Below, in pieces: positions 17,895 through 25,817 of a stretch of DNA of 32,000 nt. Below the pieces are notes generated by a model that was given only the letters and a program-made list of their open reading frames with translations, made no database searches and was not told the DNA's origin. The number at the start of each line of letters is the position of its first letter. Position 1 is the stretch's first letter. The DNA is from Promethearchaeum syntrophicum. GTDB lineage: Archaea; Asgardarchaeota; Lokiarchaeia; Sigyniarchaeales; Promethearchaeaceae. The stretch spans positions 3,780,001 to 3,812,000 of the forward strand of contig NZ_CP042905.2 of assembly GCF_008000775.2 (NCBI RefSeq), given 5' to 3'. Both the position numbers and the translations under genes were made by a program.

Positions 17895-20405
17895 CTATTC
17901 AGTTAGCATTCTTCTAAGGATTTTTCCAACGAAAGATTTTGGAAGTTCCTCACGAAATTCAATCTCCCAAGGTACCGCATATTCTTCAAGATGAGTTTTA
18001 CAAAGTTCTAGTAATTCTTCTTTAGTGAGTGTGGTACCTGGGCGAGGCACTACAAAAGCCTTTATTTTCTGATTACCTTCATTTACTTCTCCAGATGAAC
18101 CACTTTGAATGCCTACAACTGCTACTTCTAATACGTTACTATTTTCATATAGGACTTCTTCGACATCTCTAGGGTAAACACTAAATTCCCCAGCCATTAT
18201 TGTGTCACGTTTTCTGCTAATAATTTTGAAAAACCCATTTGGGTCCATTATTGCGACATCTCCAGTAAATAACCAACCATCTTTAATGACATTTTTCGTT
18301 TCAATTGTACCATCGGGTCGCCAATATCCCTTCATAACTTGTGGACCTTTAACAACCATCTCTCCAATTTGCCCAGGAGGGAGATCAGAACGGTTAATTA
18401 AACCTACGATTTTCGCATCAGTATTTGGAATCGGAATTCCAATCGAACCAACTTTTCTTTCTCCTACAAGTGGATTAATATGAGTTACAGGTCCTGCCTC
18501 GGTTAATCCGTATCCTTCAACCAATTGCCCTTTAGTCAATTTTTCAAATGCTTCCTGAACCTCTACAGGAAGAGGAGCTGCACCGCTAACACATGCTTTG
18601 ATAGATGATAACCCGTAAGACCTTGCATTAGGTGTACTATTTATTGCCATATAAATCGAAGGTACTCCTGGGAAAACAGTTGGTTCATATTTTTTAATAT
18701 GTTCTAAAACTTGTCCCATCTCAAATACGGGCAATAATACGATTTTTGCCCCTAAAGCTATAGCTATGTTCATAGCTATGGTCATTCCATAAGAATGAGT
18801 GAGTGGAATCACAGCTAAGAAGGTTTCTTTTCCCCATTTCAAATTTGGAATCCAATGACGAGTTTGAATTGTATTTGCAACTAAATTTTTATGAGACAAA
18901 CATACTCCTTTTGGAATATCGGTAGTTCCACTTGTGAATAAAATGGCCGCAAGATCTTCGCTTAAAACCTTTATATTTAGAGGTTCATCGGAAACATCCT
19001 TAATCATTTGACTCATCATATTTGGATTATCTACTTTTTTTTGAATTCCACCTATTTTAAACCCTGCTGCCTCCCAACGTGCAACAAGTTGCTTATAAAC
19101 GCGGCTTGAAACCACTTTTCGGAGTTCTGTGACAATTACTTTTATAGGAAATTGTTTCTGGATAATTTTTGTTAACCCATAAAACTCTTGCAATGTAATG
19201 ATCACTTTTGCTTGAGTTTGAATAATTTGCTTTAGAATTGCTGGACCATCCGCATCTGGATTTGAAAGCACAACAACTCCACCAATTTTTAGTGTCGCAT
19301 AATACGCAATTATCATCTGTGGAGTGTTTGGTAATATAATCATCACTCTATCTCCCTTTTTAACTCCTAATCCATGTAAAACATGACTAAATTGATTTAC
19401 TAACTTGTTTAATTGTGAATAAGTTAACTTTGAACCATAGAAAATTGTTGCAATTCTATGTGGAATCCAATTTGCTGCAGTTTCGAGGAATTTAAAGAGA
19501 GGTTGATTGGGAATAGGCACTGTTAAAGGAGTATAATCGCCATAACTTTTTAACCAAGGGCGATAATCAATAGGGGATAGCGAGCTTCCTTCTTCTCTCC
19601 ATGAAAGACGTTGTCCCCCTTCAATAAATCTTTCTATTGCCCGATTGACTGCCTTATGGCGTTCTAATTGAACTTTATGTTTAGAAGCTCCTACGTCAAT
19701 TATTTGAGCTCCCGGGACACTATTTGCTAAATCTTCAAAGACCCAACGTGGGAAGTATTTATCTCGAGCACCCATAATAACAAGAGATGTTGTCGAAATA
19801 TTTTTAATTAAATCCCAACCTTTCCAATGTTTCATGTTATTTGCCATCATTCTCTTTAAAACATGAACTTCGGCGTTCCATTTAGGCCTAAATCGCCAAA
19901 ATGGCTTATATACCCAAGTAGGAATTTTTTCAACAATTTTTGATGCTTTGTTTAAAGGATACTCTCCACCTGTAGATAAAAGTATTAATTTTTCTAATTG
20001 TTCGGGATGTGCATTCGCGTATTCAACGCAAATTGATCCTCCGAATGAATGCCCAATTAATATGAATTTTTCAGGAAGCTTCAGAGCTTTAGAAACCGTA
20101 TATATATCTTCAACCAATTCTTGCATAGTATATTCTGAATATGGTGCATCGCTTTGACCATGTCCACGGAGGTCGGGAATCACAACGCGAAACTCTTTTG
20201 CAAAGTAATTAATTTGATATTCCCAAGTTTCGGCACAACCTGCAAATCCATGAATAAAAACGATAGTTTTTTCTGCTTTTTCAGGGGAAATATCAATTAC
20301 ACTTAAATTTGCATCGGTTAAATTCTGTATGGGAATTTCTTTCCTATAAAGGCTAAAATCCAGCTGTATATCACGGTGCCCAAGACCACGTAGTTGTTTT
20401 TTCAT
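17895..20405 (-). CDS. Fusion protein: N-terminal alpha/beta-hydrolase plus C-terminal long-chain acyl-CoA synthetase (AMP-binding)
   Basis: Hydrolase part: VFIHGFAG oxyanion region, nucleophile elbow GHSFGG, GARDKYFP, SKHKV. Ligase part: FTSGTTDIPKG, EGYGLTE, WLFTGDV, SRKRD and the C-terminal GKILRR. Start taken as the ATG at 20405 (MKKQLRG); the tracked ORF begins at a TTG at 20420. Confidence 0.88.
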   Translation of the reverse strand: MKKQLRGLGHRDIQLDFSLYRKEIPIQNLTDANLSVIDISPEKAEKTIVFIHGFAGCAETWEYQINYFAKEFRVVIPDLRGHGQSDAPYSEYTMQELVEDIYTVSKALKLPEKFILIGHSFGGSICVEYANAHPEQLEKLILLSTGGEYPLNKASKIVEKIPTWVYKPFWRFRPKWNAEVHVLKRMMANNMKHWKGWDLIKNISTTSLVIMGARDKYFPRWVFEDLANSVPGAQIIDVGASKHKVQLERHKAVNRAIERFIEGGQRLSWREEGSSLSPIDYRPWLKSYGDYTPLTVPIPNQPLFKFLETAANWIPHRIATIFYGSKLTYSQLNKLVNQFSHVLHGLGVKKGDRVMIILPNTPQMIIAYYATLKIGGVVVLSNPDADGPAILKQIIQTQAKVIITLQEFYGLTKIIQKQFPIKVIVTELRKVVSSRVYKQLVARWEAAGFKIGGIQKKVDNPNMMSQMIKDVSDEPLNIKVLSEDLAAILFTSGTTDIPKGVCLSHKNLVANTIQTRHWIPNLKWGKETFLAVIPLTHSYGMTIAMNIAIALGAKIVLLPVFEMGQVLEHIKKYEPTVFPGVPSIYMAINSTPNARSYGLSSIKACVSGAAPLPVEVQEAFEKLTKGQLVEGYGLTEAGPVTHINPLVGERKVGSIGIPIPNTDAKIVGLINRSDLPPGQIGEMVVKGPQVMKGYWRPDGTIETKNVIKDGWLFTGDVAIMDPNGFFKIISRKRDTIMAGEFSVYPRDVEEVLYENSNVLEVAVVGIQSGSSGEVNEGNQKIKAFVVPRPGTTLTKEELLELCKTHLEEYAVPWEIEFREELPKSFVGKILRRMLTE

Positions 20406-20637
20406 ATTATTCTTCCACAAAAGTAGTTGAATGAGTGAACATTTTTACGACTTAATGCAAAACACTGACCAATGGAAGAATTCGTTATTGAAGTTTAAAA
20501 ATGCATTGCTGATAATTGAAAATCTGAAAGTTCATATTTTTCACGAAAAGAAATTTTAAAACTTTTTTAGGTCTTGCATTCCTTTTTAGTATTATACTTT
20601 TATTAAATTGGTTGCTTAATGGATTGCAGAAGGAAAA

Positions 20638-21459
20638 ATGAAATATTTATTTATATCCGCACACCCAGATGATTTAGAATTCAGCTGTGCTAACTTGATA
20701 CGATATCTAACTTCTAAAAAACACAGTGTTGAAATTCTATGTTTAACAAAAGGAGAATTTGGAACTTATGACGCGGAGTTAGTAGGCCCGAGTTTAGCTA
20801 AAGTTAGGGTGAAGGAACTTCAAAAAGCGGCAAAAATTAATGGAGTCCCTCAAGAAAAAGTTCATTTTGCAGATATTATCGATGGTTTTCTAAAGTTTAC
20901 TAGGAGTAATATTAAAATTGTTAAGGAATGGTTAAATCAAATTCAACCTGATATAATTTTTGCCCCCGAGGCTTATTATGCATATTATTGGCAACAAGAT
21001 CACATTAATTGTGGACGTTTATCGCATTATATTTTCTCATCATATCAAAAAGAATTAGTAAAACCGATAAAATCTTTATTCTTCTATGGAACTCTGAAAC
21101 CAAATTTTTGCTGGCCATTTAATGACCTTACTCTGGGTAAAGGTTCACTTTATCAGCATAAAAGCCAGTTATATTTTCTAAAATGGATGATTCCATTTTA
21201 TTCAATCGAAAAAATCAATTTTTATCGAAAAAAAGTCGGTAAATGGAACTATGTTGAACCTTATCGCCGGATCTCAAAAAAAAAAAACGGATTAAAGCCT
21301 TCCATATTTATTCAAGCAATTTTAGGAATTATCTCTCATCTACCATTTTTCAATCCAACAGGTGCGAGATATTATGTATCGAAAGGAAATTCATCTTTTG
21401 CCTTCACAGTTCGTAAATTAAGAAGCATCTATTACCCAAAAAAGAGCAAATATACATGA
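20638..21459 (+). CDS. PIG-L/LmbE-family de-N-acetylase
   Basis: The N-terminal ISAHPDDLEF metal-binding motif and the downstream QQDHINCG (HxDH-like) motif are characteristic of GlcNAc-PI de-N-acetylase/MshB/BshB-type enzymes. Confidence 0.8.
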   Translation: MKYLFISAHPDDLEFSCANLIRYLTSKKHSVEILCLTKGEFGTYDAELVGPSLAKVRVKELQKAAKINGVPQEKVHFADIIDGFLKFTRSNIKIVKEWLNQIQPDIIFAPEAYYAYYWQQDHINCGRLSHYIFSSYQKELVKPIKSLFFYGTLKPNFCWPFNDLTLGKGSLYQHKSQLYFLKWMIPFYSIEKINFYRKKVGKWNYVEPYRRISKKKNGLKPSIFIQAILGIISHLPFFNPTGARYYVSKGNSSFAFTVRKLRSIYYPKKSKYT

Positions 21460-21619
21460 AAGGTAAGAATAAGATATTAGTTCTTAATCAGAAGATTGAT
21501 GAATTTTAATAATACAACTATCGTTTCAAGGTTCTCTTATTCGATTTAAATATTGAACGAATCCCTAGTTTGTGTAAATATGCACGATTAACAATTATCA
21601 AATAAAATAACAAAAAATT

Positions 21620-22609
21620 TTATGTTTTTAATCCTCGATCACTACGACGTTTTTGTTTTAAATAGGGAGATCTGGAGAGAACATAAAAACGGGCAATTGG
21701 TCTGAATAATTTTCCCCAAAATCGTTGATTTCTCACCTTCGCTTTAACTTGATTATAGTATTCTTTTAAAGTGGTTCTCTGAAATTTCAAAAATTTTTGA
21801 CTTTTATTGGTTGTCATATAACCACAATGAAAATCTCCAGTCGCAAATGCTTCATTTGGTAATTTTATTGTTCCCACACCAAAAAGATCAAGCATTTTTG
21901 AGAGATATTCACGGTAAGTTGTACGACATTGTTCTCCACCAGCAATATGCAATGTTTCATCCCATATATCTCTGCTTTCTACTGCATTAGCCAATGCCAA
22001 GCCTACATCCTTTGTATCACAAATTTCTAAGCAGGTATCAAGAGGTACGTCGTACATAATTGGGTCCAATTGTAATTTATCCATAGATGTTATATAAGAT
22101 AACCGAAATATCGCAAATTCTAAAGATGATTCTCGAATTAATGTCTCACATTTAATTTTTTGTTCAGCATAATGATCTCCTTTACTCGGTGTTAGGGGAT
22201 CGCTAAGTTTAATGTATGGATTTTTTAATCTATCGCCATAAACAGAAATAGAAGATGTAAATACTAATTTTGGTTTGTTTTGCTGCTTTTCTATTGCTTT
22301 TATTATATTAATTGTTCCACCTACATTTATTGATTCAGCAAATTCAGGGAGTTTATCTGCTAATGGAGGAATAATCCCTGCAACATGTAATACAACATCC
22401 ACACCCTTTACTGCTTGCTCAACCATTTTATAATCTCTTATATCACCCCATATTATTTCGAGGTTAGGATTTGAAAAATTTTTTGCTATTCGAGAATTCT
22501 TCTTATTGAAAATTTCAAATATTCTAATTAGATAATCCTTTTTAAGAAGTTCTTCAATTGTAGATAATCCAACATTTCCAAAAGCACCAGTTAATAGAAC
22601 TTTAATCAT
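21620..22609 (-). CDS. NAD-dependent epimerase/dehydratase (extended SDR)
   Basis: N-terminal Rossmann motif VLLTGAFGNVG, a downstream SSISVYG block and a YAEQK (YxxxK) catalytic motif. Confidence 0.85.
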   Translation of the reverse strand: MIKVLLTGAFGNVGLSTIEELLKKDYLIRIFEIFNKKNSRIAKNFSNPNLEIIWGDIRDYKMVEQAVKGVDVVLHVAGIIPPLADKLPEFAESINVGGTINIIKAIEKQQNKPKLVFTSSISVYGDRLKNPYIKLSDPLTPSKGDHYAEQKIKCETLIRESSLEFAIFRLSYITSMDKLQLDPIMYDVPLDTCLEICDTKDVGLALANAVESRDIWDETLHIAGGEQCRTTYREYLSKMLDLFGVGTIKLPNEAFATGDFHCGYMTTNKSQKFLKFQRTTLKEYYNQVKAKVRNQRFWGKLFRPIARFYVLSRSPYLKQKRRSDRGLKT

Positions 22610-22866
22610 TTAAATCTCCGATTTTAATATTATTGTTTTTAAAGGTAAAAAAAAAATTTATATATTTTCTTCTACATATAGAATATGTAGCCTACATAAA
22701 AATATTTGCATAATAATTTTAACGTTGTTTATTCAAACATTTCTCTAGTCTGTTCAACATATAGAGAATAATATTTTTTCAAAAAAGTAATATTCCATGT
22801 CGGCATATATTTTAAGTTAAATTTCAAGACAAAAGAGAAAAAAAAGAAAAATGTTACTAATATTTT

Positions 22867-23208
22867 TTATTCAGATTTTTTTAAGAAGGGTTTTTTATCT
22901 GCACGAAGGTGAGAGTCGCGATCAACTTTATTAGGTTCAGCAAGACGAGCAAAAGACGATTTCGAGATTTCATCTAATTCCTTATTGAATAAATTTTCTC
23001 TCTCTTGGTTTTTTTTACCTTTATTAAACTTGGTTTTAGAGGGTTTGGATTTAATTTTCTGAACGGTTTTTGTTTTTTTTTCTTTTAATTTATTTTTATT
23101 CTTTTCATTATTATCTTTAATTTTCTTTTCCCCTTCTTTATCTAATTTTACTTTTTTTTTTTGAGGGTTTTCAATTGCATCTTTTGATTCTTCGACCATA
23201 ATAATCAA
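22867..23208 (-). CDS. Lys-rich low-complexity protein (hypothetical)
   Basis: 113-aa ORF dominated by K/E/N runs (KKKVKLDKEGEKKIKDNNEKNKNKLKEKKTKT...). Coding status is uncertain because K-rich ORFs arise easily in A-rich DNA. Confidence 0.4.
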   Translation of the reverse strand: MIIMVEESKDAIENPQKKKVKLDKEGEKKIKDNNEKNKNKLKEKKTKTVQKIKSKPSKTKFNKGKKNQERENLFNKELDEISKSSFARLAEPNKVDRDSHLRADKKPFLKKSE

Positions 23209-23287
23209 TTTTAAATTTAAATATTAAAGTGTATCGATAATTACATATTTTGATATGCTAAATTTCATAAAATCCAGATTATGAAAA

Positions 23288-23494
23288 TCAAGGAACTTCT
23301 ATAAGAATATCAAATTGACTCAAAAAATCCTTAATTTCACACATTTCCTGTCGTTTCATATAACGTTCGATTGGATCGTCCATATTATTGAATTTTTCTA
23401 AAAGTTTTTGAAATTCTTCTTGTTTTTCAGATATATTTGCTGAGAATTTATTTGATTTTGACATTAAAATACCCCACTTTTTATCATCAAACAA
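23288..23494 (-). CDS. Small hypothetical protein
   Basis: 68-aa ORF from a TTG start (58 aa from the ATG at 23464). No family recognised. Confidence 0.3.
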   Translation of the reverse strand: MFDDKKWGILMSKSNKFSANISEKQEEFQKLLEKFNNMDDPIERYMKRQEMCEIKDFLSQFDILIEVP

Positions 23495-23572
23495 ATTTGA
23501 AAAACATGAGTATTTAAAGCTAAAGGGAAGTCTAAGTCATCATTTTCGTGTTATTAAAATTAGTAAAAAATA

Positions 23573-23785
23573 TTAAATATAAAATGAATCCGTGGTTGTT
23601 TTTACCGATTTGAAAACATGATTAAATAATTCTTTATCGGTTTTGTTCATTTCTTCATTTATTTTCAAAGAATCCGTTTCAGAGGTAAATTCAGGTGAAG
23701 TAAGGATACAATAGTAGTTATCTATTGTGTGGAGTGAAGGTAAGTATTTAGAGAAATGAACTAAGATTGGCTGCATGGTCATCAA
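23573..23785 (-). CDS. Small hypothetical protein
   Basis: 70-aa ORF from a TTG start, with an ATG one codon downstream. No family recognised. Confidence 0.25.
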   Translation of the reverse strand: MMTMQPILVHFSKYLPSLHTIDNYYCILTSPEFTSETDSLKINEEMNKTDKELFNHVFKSVKTTTDSFYI

Positions 23786-23878
23786 CTAATCTAAGTTATT
23801 TTGAGTTCAAATAAAAATGGGAAACCAATTATTGTCACTGATTAAAATTTATCTTCTTAAAAATCAATTATATGACTA

Positions 23879-24667
23879 ATGTCATTTGATATCGAGAAAT
23901 TTCTTGATAATCCTTCAATTAATTCAATTATTTTTTATCCACGTAGATACCCAAAACCCTCAAGTGAAAGTAAAAAAAATAAAATATTAGAATTTGAAAT
24001 TGCTAAGGGAATAAATATTGGAGGGATTTTTCATTTTAGATCTTATGAAAATCCATCAGTTCTTTTCTTTCATGGAAATGGGGAGATTGCCAATGATTAT
24101 TCATATTTTATTGATAAGTTCTTAGATTGTGGAATGAATATTGCGATAATGGATTATAGAGGATACGGTTTTTCTACAGGAACTCCCACTTTCATGAATT
24201 TAATTCAAGATGCGGTTCCAATTTACAATTTATTTCTCAAATGGATTACGGAAAATGGTTTTTCTCAATCTATATTTCTTTATGCACGTTCACTTGGAAG
24301 CATTCCAATAGCTGAGATCGCATCACACAATCCTATTAACGTAAAGGGTATAATTTTTGAAAGTTCGATTTGCGATACTTACAAAATTATGCGGTCTCTT
24401 TTTATGATTAATCTACCTGAATTTACTGAAGAAGCGATTAAACCTTGGTCAAATATTACAAGAATCGCTAAGATTAAAAAACCCGTATTAATTATTCATG
24501 GAACAAGAGATCATATTGTACCATTCTATCATGGAAAGTTAATTTTTGATCTAATTTCAGAAGATTTAGAGAAAAAAATAATACCAATTGAAAATGCGGG
24601 GCATAATGATATTCAAAATTTCGAAGATCTGTACTTTCCTGCAATAAAAAATTTCATTCAAATTTGA
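23879..24667 (+). CDS. Alpha/beta-hydrolase, BEM46/ABHD13-like
   Basis: FFHGNGEIA, MDYRGYGFSTG, the nucleophile region ARSLGS, IIHGTRDHIVP and AGHND follow the block order of the ABHD13/Bem46 serine hydrolase family. Confidence 0.8.
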   Translation: MSFDIEKFLDNPSINSIIFYPRRYPKPSSESKKNKILEFEIAKGINIGGIFHFRSYENPSVLFFHGNGEIANDYSYFIDKFLDCGMNIAIMDYRGYGFSTGTPTFMNLIQDAVPIYNLFLKWITENGFSQSIFLYARSLGSIPIAEIASHNPINVKGIIFESSICDTYKIMRSLFMINLPEFTEEAIKPWSNITRIAKIKKPVLIIHGTRDHIVPFYHGKLIFDLISEDLEKKIIPIENAGHNDIQNFEDLYFPAIKNFIQI

Positions 24668-24744
24668 GTTAATTATTTTTTGCACTCCTATTTCTTGAAA
24701 AAAAATGGTAAAAGAAGAAATATTGTCCCTAATTAAAATGATTA

Positions 24745-25734
24745 ATGAATTCTAAAATACGATGGGGGATATTGGGTTGCGGTAAAATTGCACATGCTTT
24801 TGCTTTTTCTTTAAAAAATGTACCTGAAGCACAATTACTTGGTGTTGCATCTCGAACTCCGGGAAAAGCTCGAACATTCGGGGAGCATTTTGCAGTTGAA
24901 TATATATACACAACCTATGAAGAATTAGTTAATAATCCAAAAATTGATATCATCTATATTGCTACAACTCATAATTTTCATTACAAAAATATTTTACTTT
25001 GTCTTCAGGCGAATAAACCTGTTCTTTGTGAAAAAGCCTTTACACTTAATGCTAAACAAGCGGTTGAAGTAATTGAGATGGCAAGAGAAAAAAAAATCTT
25101 TTTAATGGAAGCCATGTGGATGAAATTTAACCCATGTATAGTAAAACTGCGTGAATTCTTAGCAGAAGGCATTGTTGGAGACATTCGTCTTATTAAAGCA
25201 GATTTCGGGGAAAAATTTCCACGTGATTTGAAAGATAGATTATTTAATATACATTTGGGTGGAGGCGCATTATTGGATTTAGGCATATACGCCATCTCAT
25301 TTGCTCGAATGATCTATGGCCATTCTCCAATATTGTACAAATCTGAGGCGTATATTGGAGAAACTGGAGTTGATGAAGAATCAGCCTACTTTCTTGAATA
25401 TGAAAATAAGAAATTAGCTATGCTTTATTCATCCAGCCGTATTGAAATGCCTAATGATGCAACTTTGTTTGGAACAAAAGGAATGATAAAACTCAAGGAT
25501 TTCTTCCACCCATCTAAAATCGAGTGGAAATTGAACGGAAAACGCAAAATTAAAACGATTGAAGTCCCATATGATCTTCCAGGGTACCAATATGAAATTT
25601 TAGAAGTCCACGATTGCCTAACAAACGGACAAATAGAAAGTAAAATCATGCCTTGGAGCGAATCTATTGAGAATATGAAGACAATGGATACATTAAGGAA
25701 ACAATGGGGTTTGAAATATCCAGAGGAGATATAA
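24745..25734 (+). CDS. Gfo/Idh/MocA-family oxidoreductase, dimeric dihydrodiol dehydrogenase-like
   Basis: IRWGILGCGKIA Rossmann N-terminus, VLCEKAF (EKP-type) motif and FLMEAMW block. Overall it is collinear by eye with DHDH-type enzymes. Confidence 0.88.
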   Translation: MNSKIRWGILGCGKIAHAFAFSLKNVPEAQLLGVASRTPGKARTFGEHFAVEYIYTTYEELVNNPKIDIIYIATTHNFHYKNILLCLQANKPVLCEKAFTLNAKQAVEVIEMAREKKIFLMEAMWMKFNPCIVKLREFLAEGIVGDIRLIKADFGEKFPRDLKDRLFNIHLGGGALLDLGIYAISFARMIYGHSPILYKSEAYIGETGVDEESAYFLEYENKKLAMLYSSSRIEMPNDATLFGTKGMIKLKDFFHPSKIEWKLNGKRKIKTIEVPYDLPGYQYEILEVHDCLTNGQIESKIMPWSESIENMKTMDTLRKQWGLKYPEEI

Positions 25735-25746
25735 TTATAGTTCAAC

Positions 25747-25777
25747 TAATTCAATGTTTTTTGAAAAAATTGAATTA
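25747..25777. terminator. AT-rich palindrome with T-runs on both strands between convergent genes (possible bidirectional terminator)
   Basis: A perfect 9-bp inverted repeat, taattcaat (25747-25755) / attgaatta (25769-25777), flanks gttttttgaaaaa. It lies between the convergent stop codons at 25734 (+) and 25818 (-). Confidence 0.35.
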
Positions 25778-25817
25778 ATGAAAATTGAAATTTAAAAAAA
25801 AGGAATTAATATTAAGT

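Noticed and set aside
14288-20157. ORFs 14288-14488 (+), 16782-17060 (-), 17172-17393 (-), 18202-18483 (+) and 19948-20157 (+)
   Set aside because: Each lies within a longer gene with better support, either antisense or in an alternative frame. The two minus-strand ones overlap the 7-TM and metallophosphoesterase genes out of frame.
20421-20637. Repeated TGCATT/AATGCA hexamers in the divergent intergenic region between the hydrolase-ligase fusion and the PIG-L gene, as an operator
   Set aside because: These are only 6-mers in AT-rich DNA with irregular spacing, which I judge plausibly due to chance. This needs comparative data.
22672-22690. Small hairpin ctacata-tagaa-tatgtag upstream of the SDR epimerase gene, and tggaaa/tttcca at 82-109
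   Set aside because: These are 6-7 bp AT-rich stems, which I judge unremarkable in DNA of this composition. No second copy or conserved context is visible.
8331-23165. Homopolymer tracts inside CDSs (A15 at 8331-8345, A13 at 9310-9322, A12 at 21276-21287, T-runs near 3017-3027 and 23150-23161) as phase-variation switches
   Set aside because: All are in frame and encode Lys runs. Such tracts are frequent throughout this A/T-rich, Lys-rich genome, so they are better explained by composition. Only the A15 tract is mentioned as a possible slippage site.
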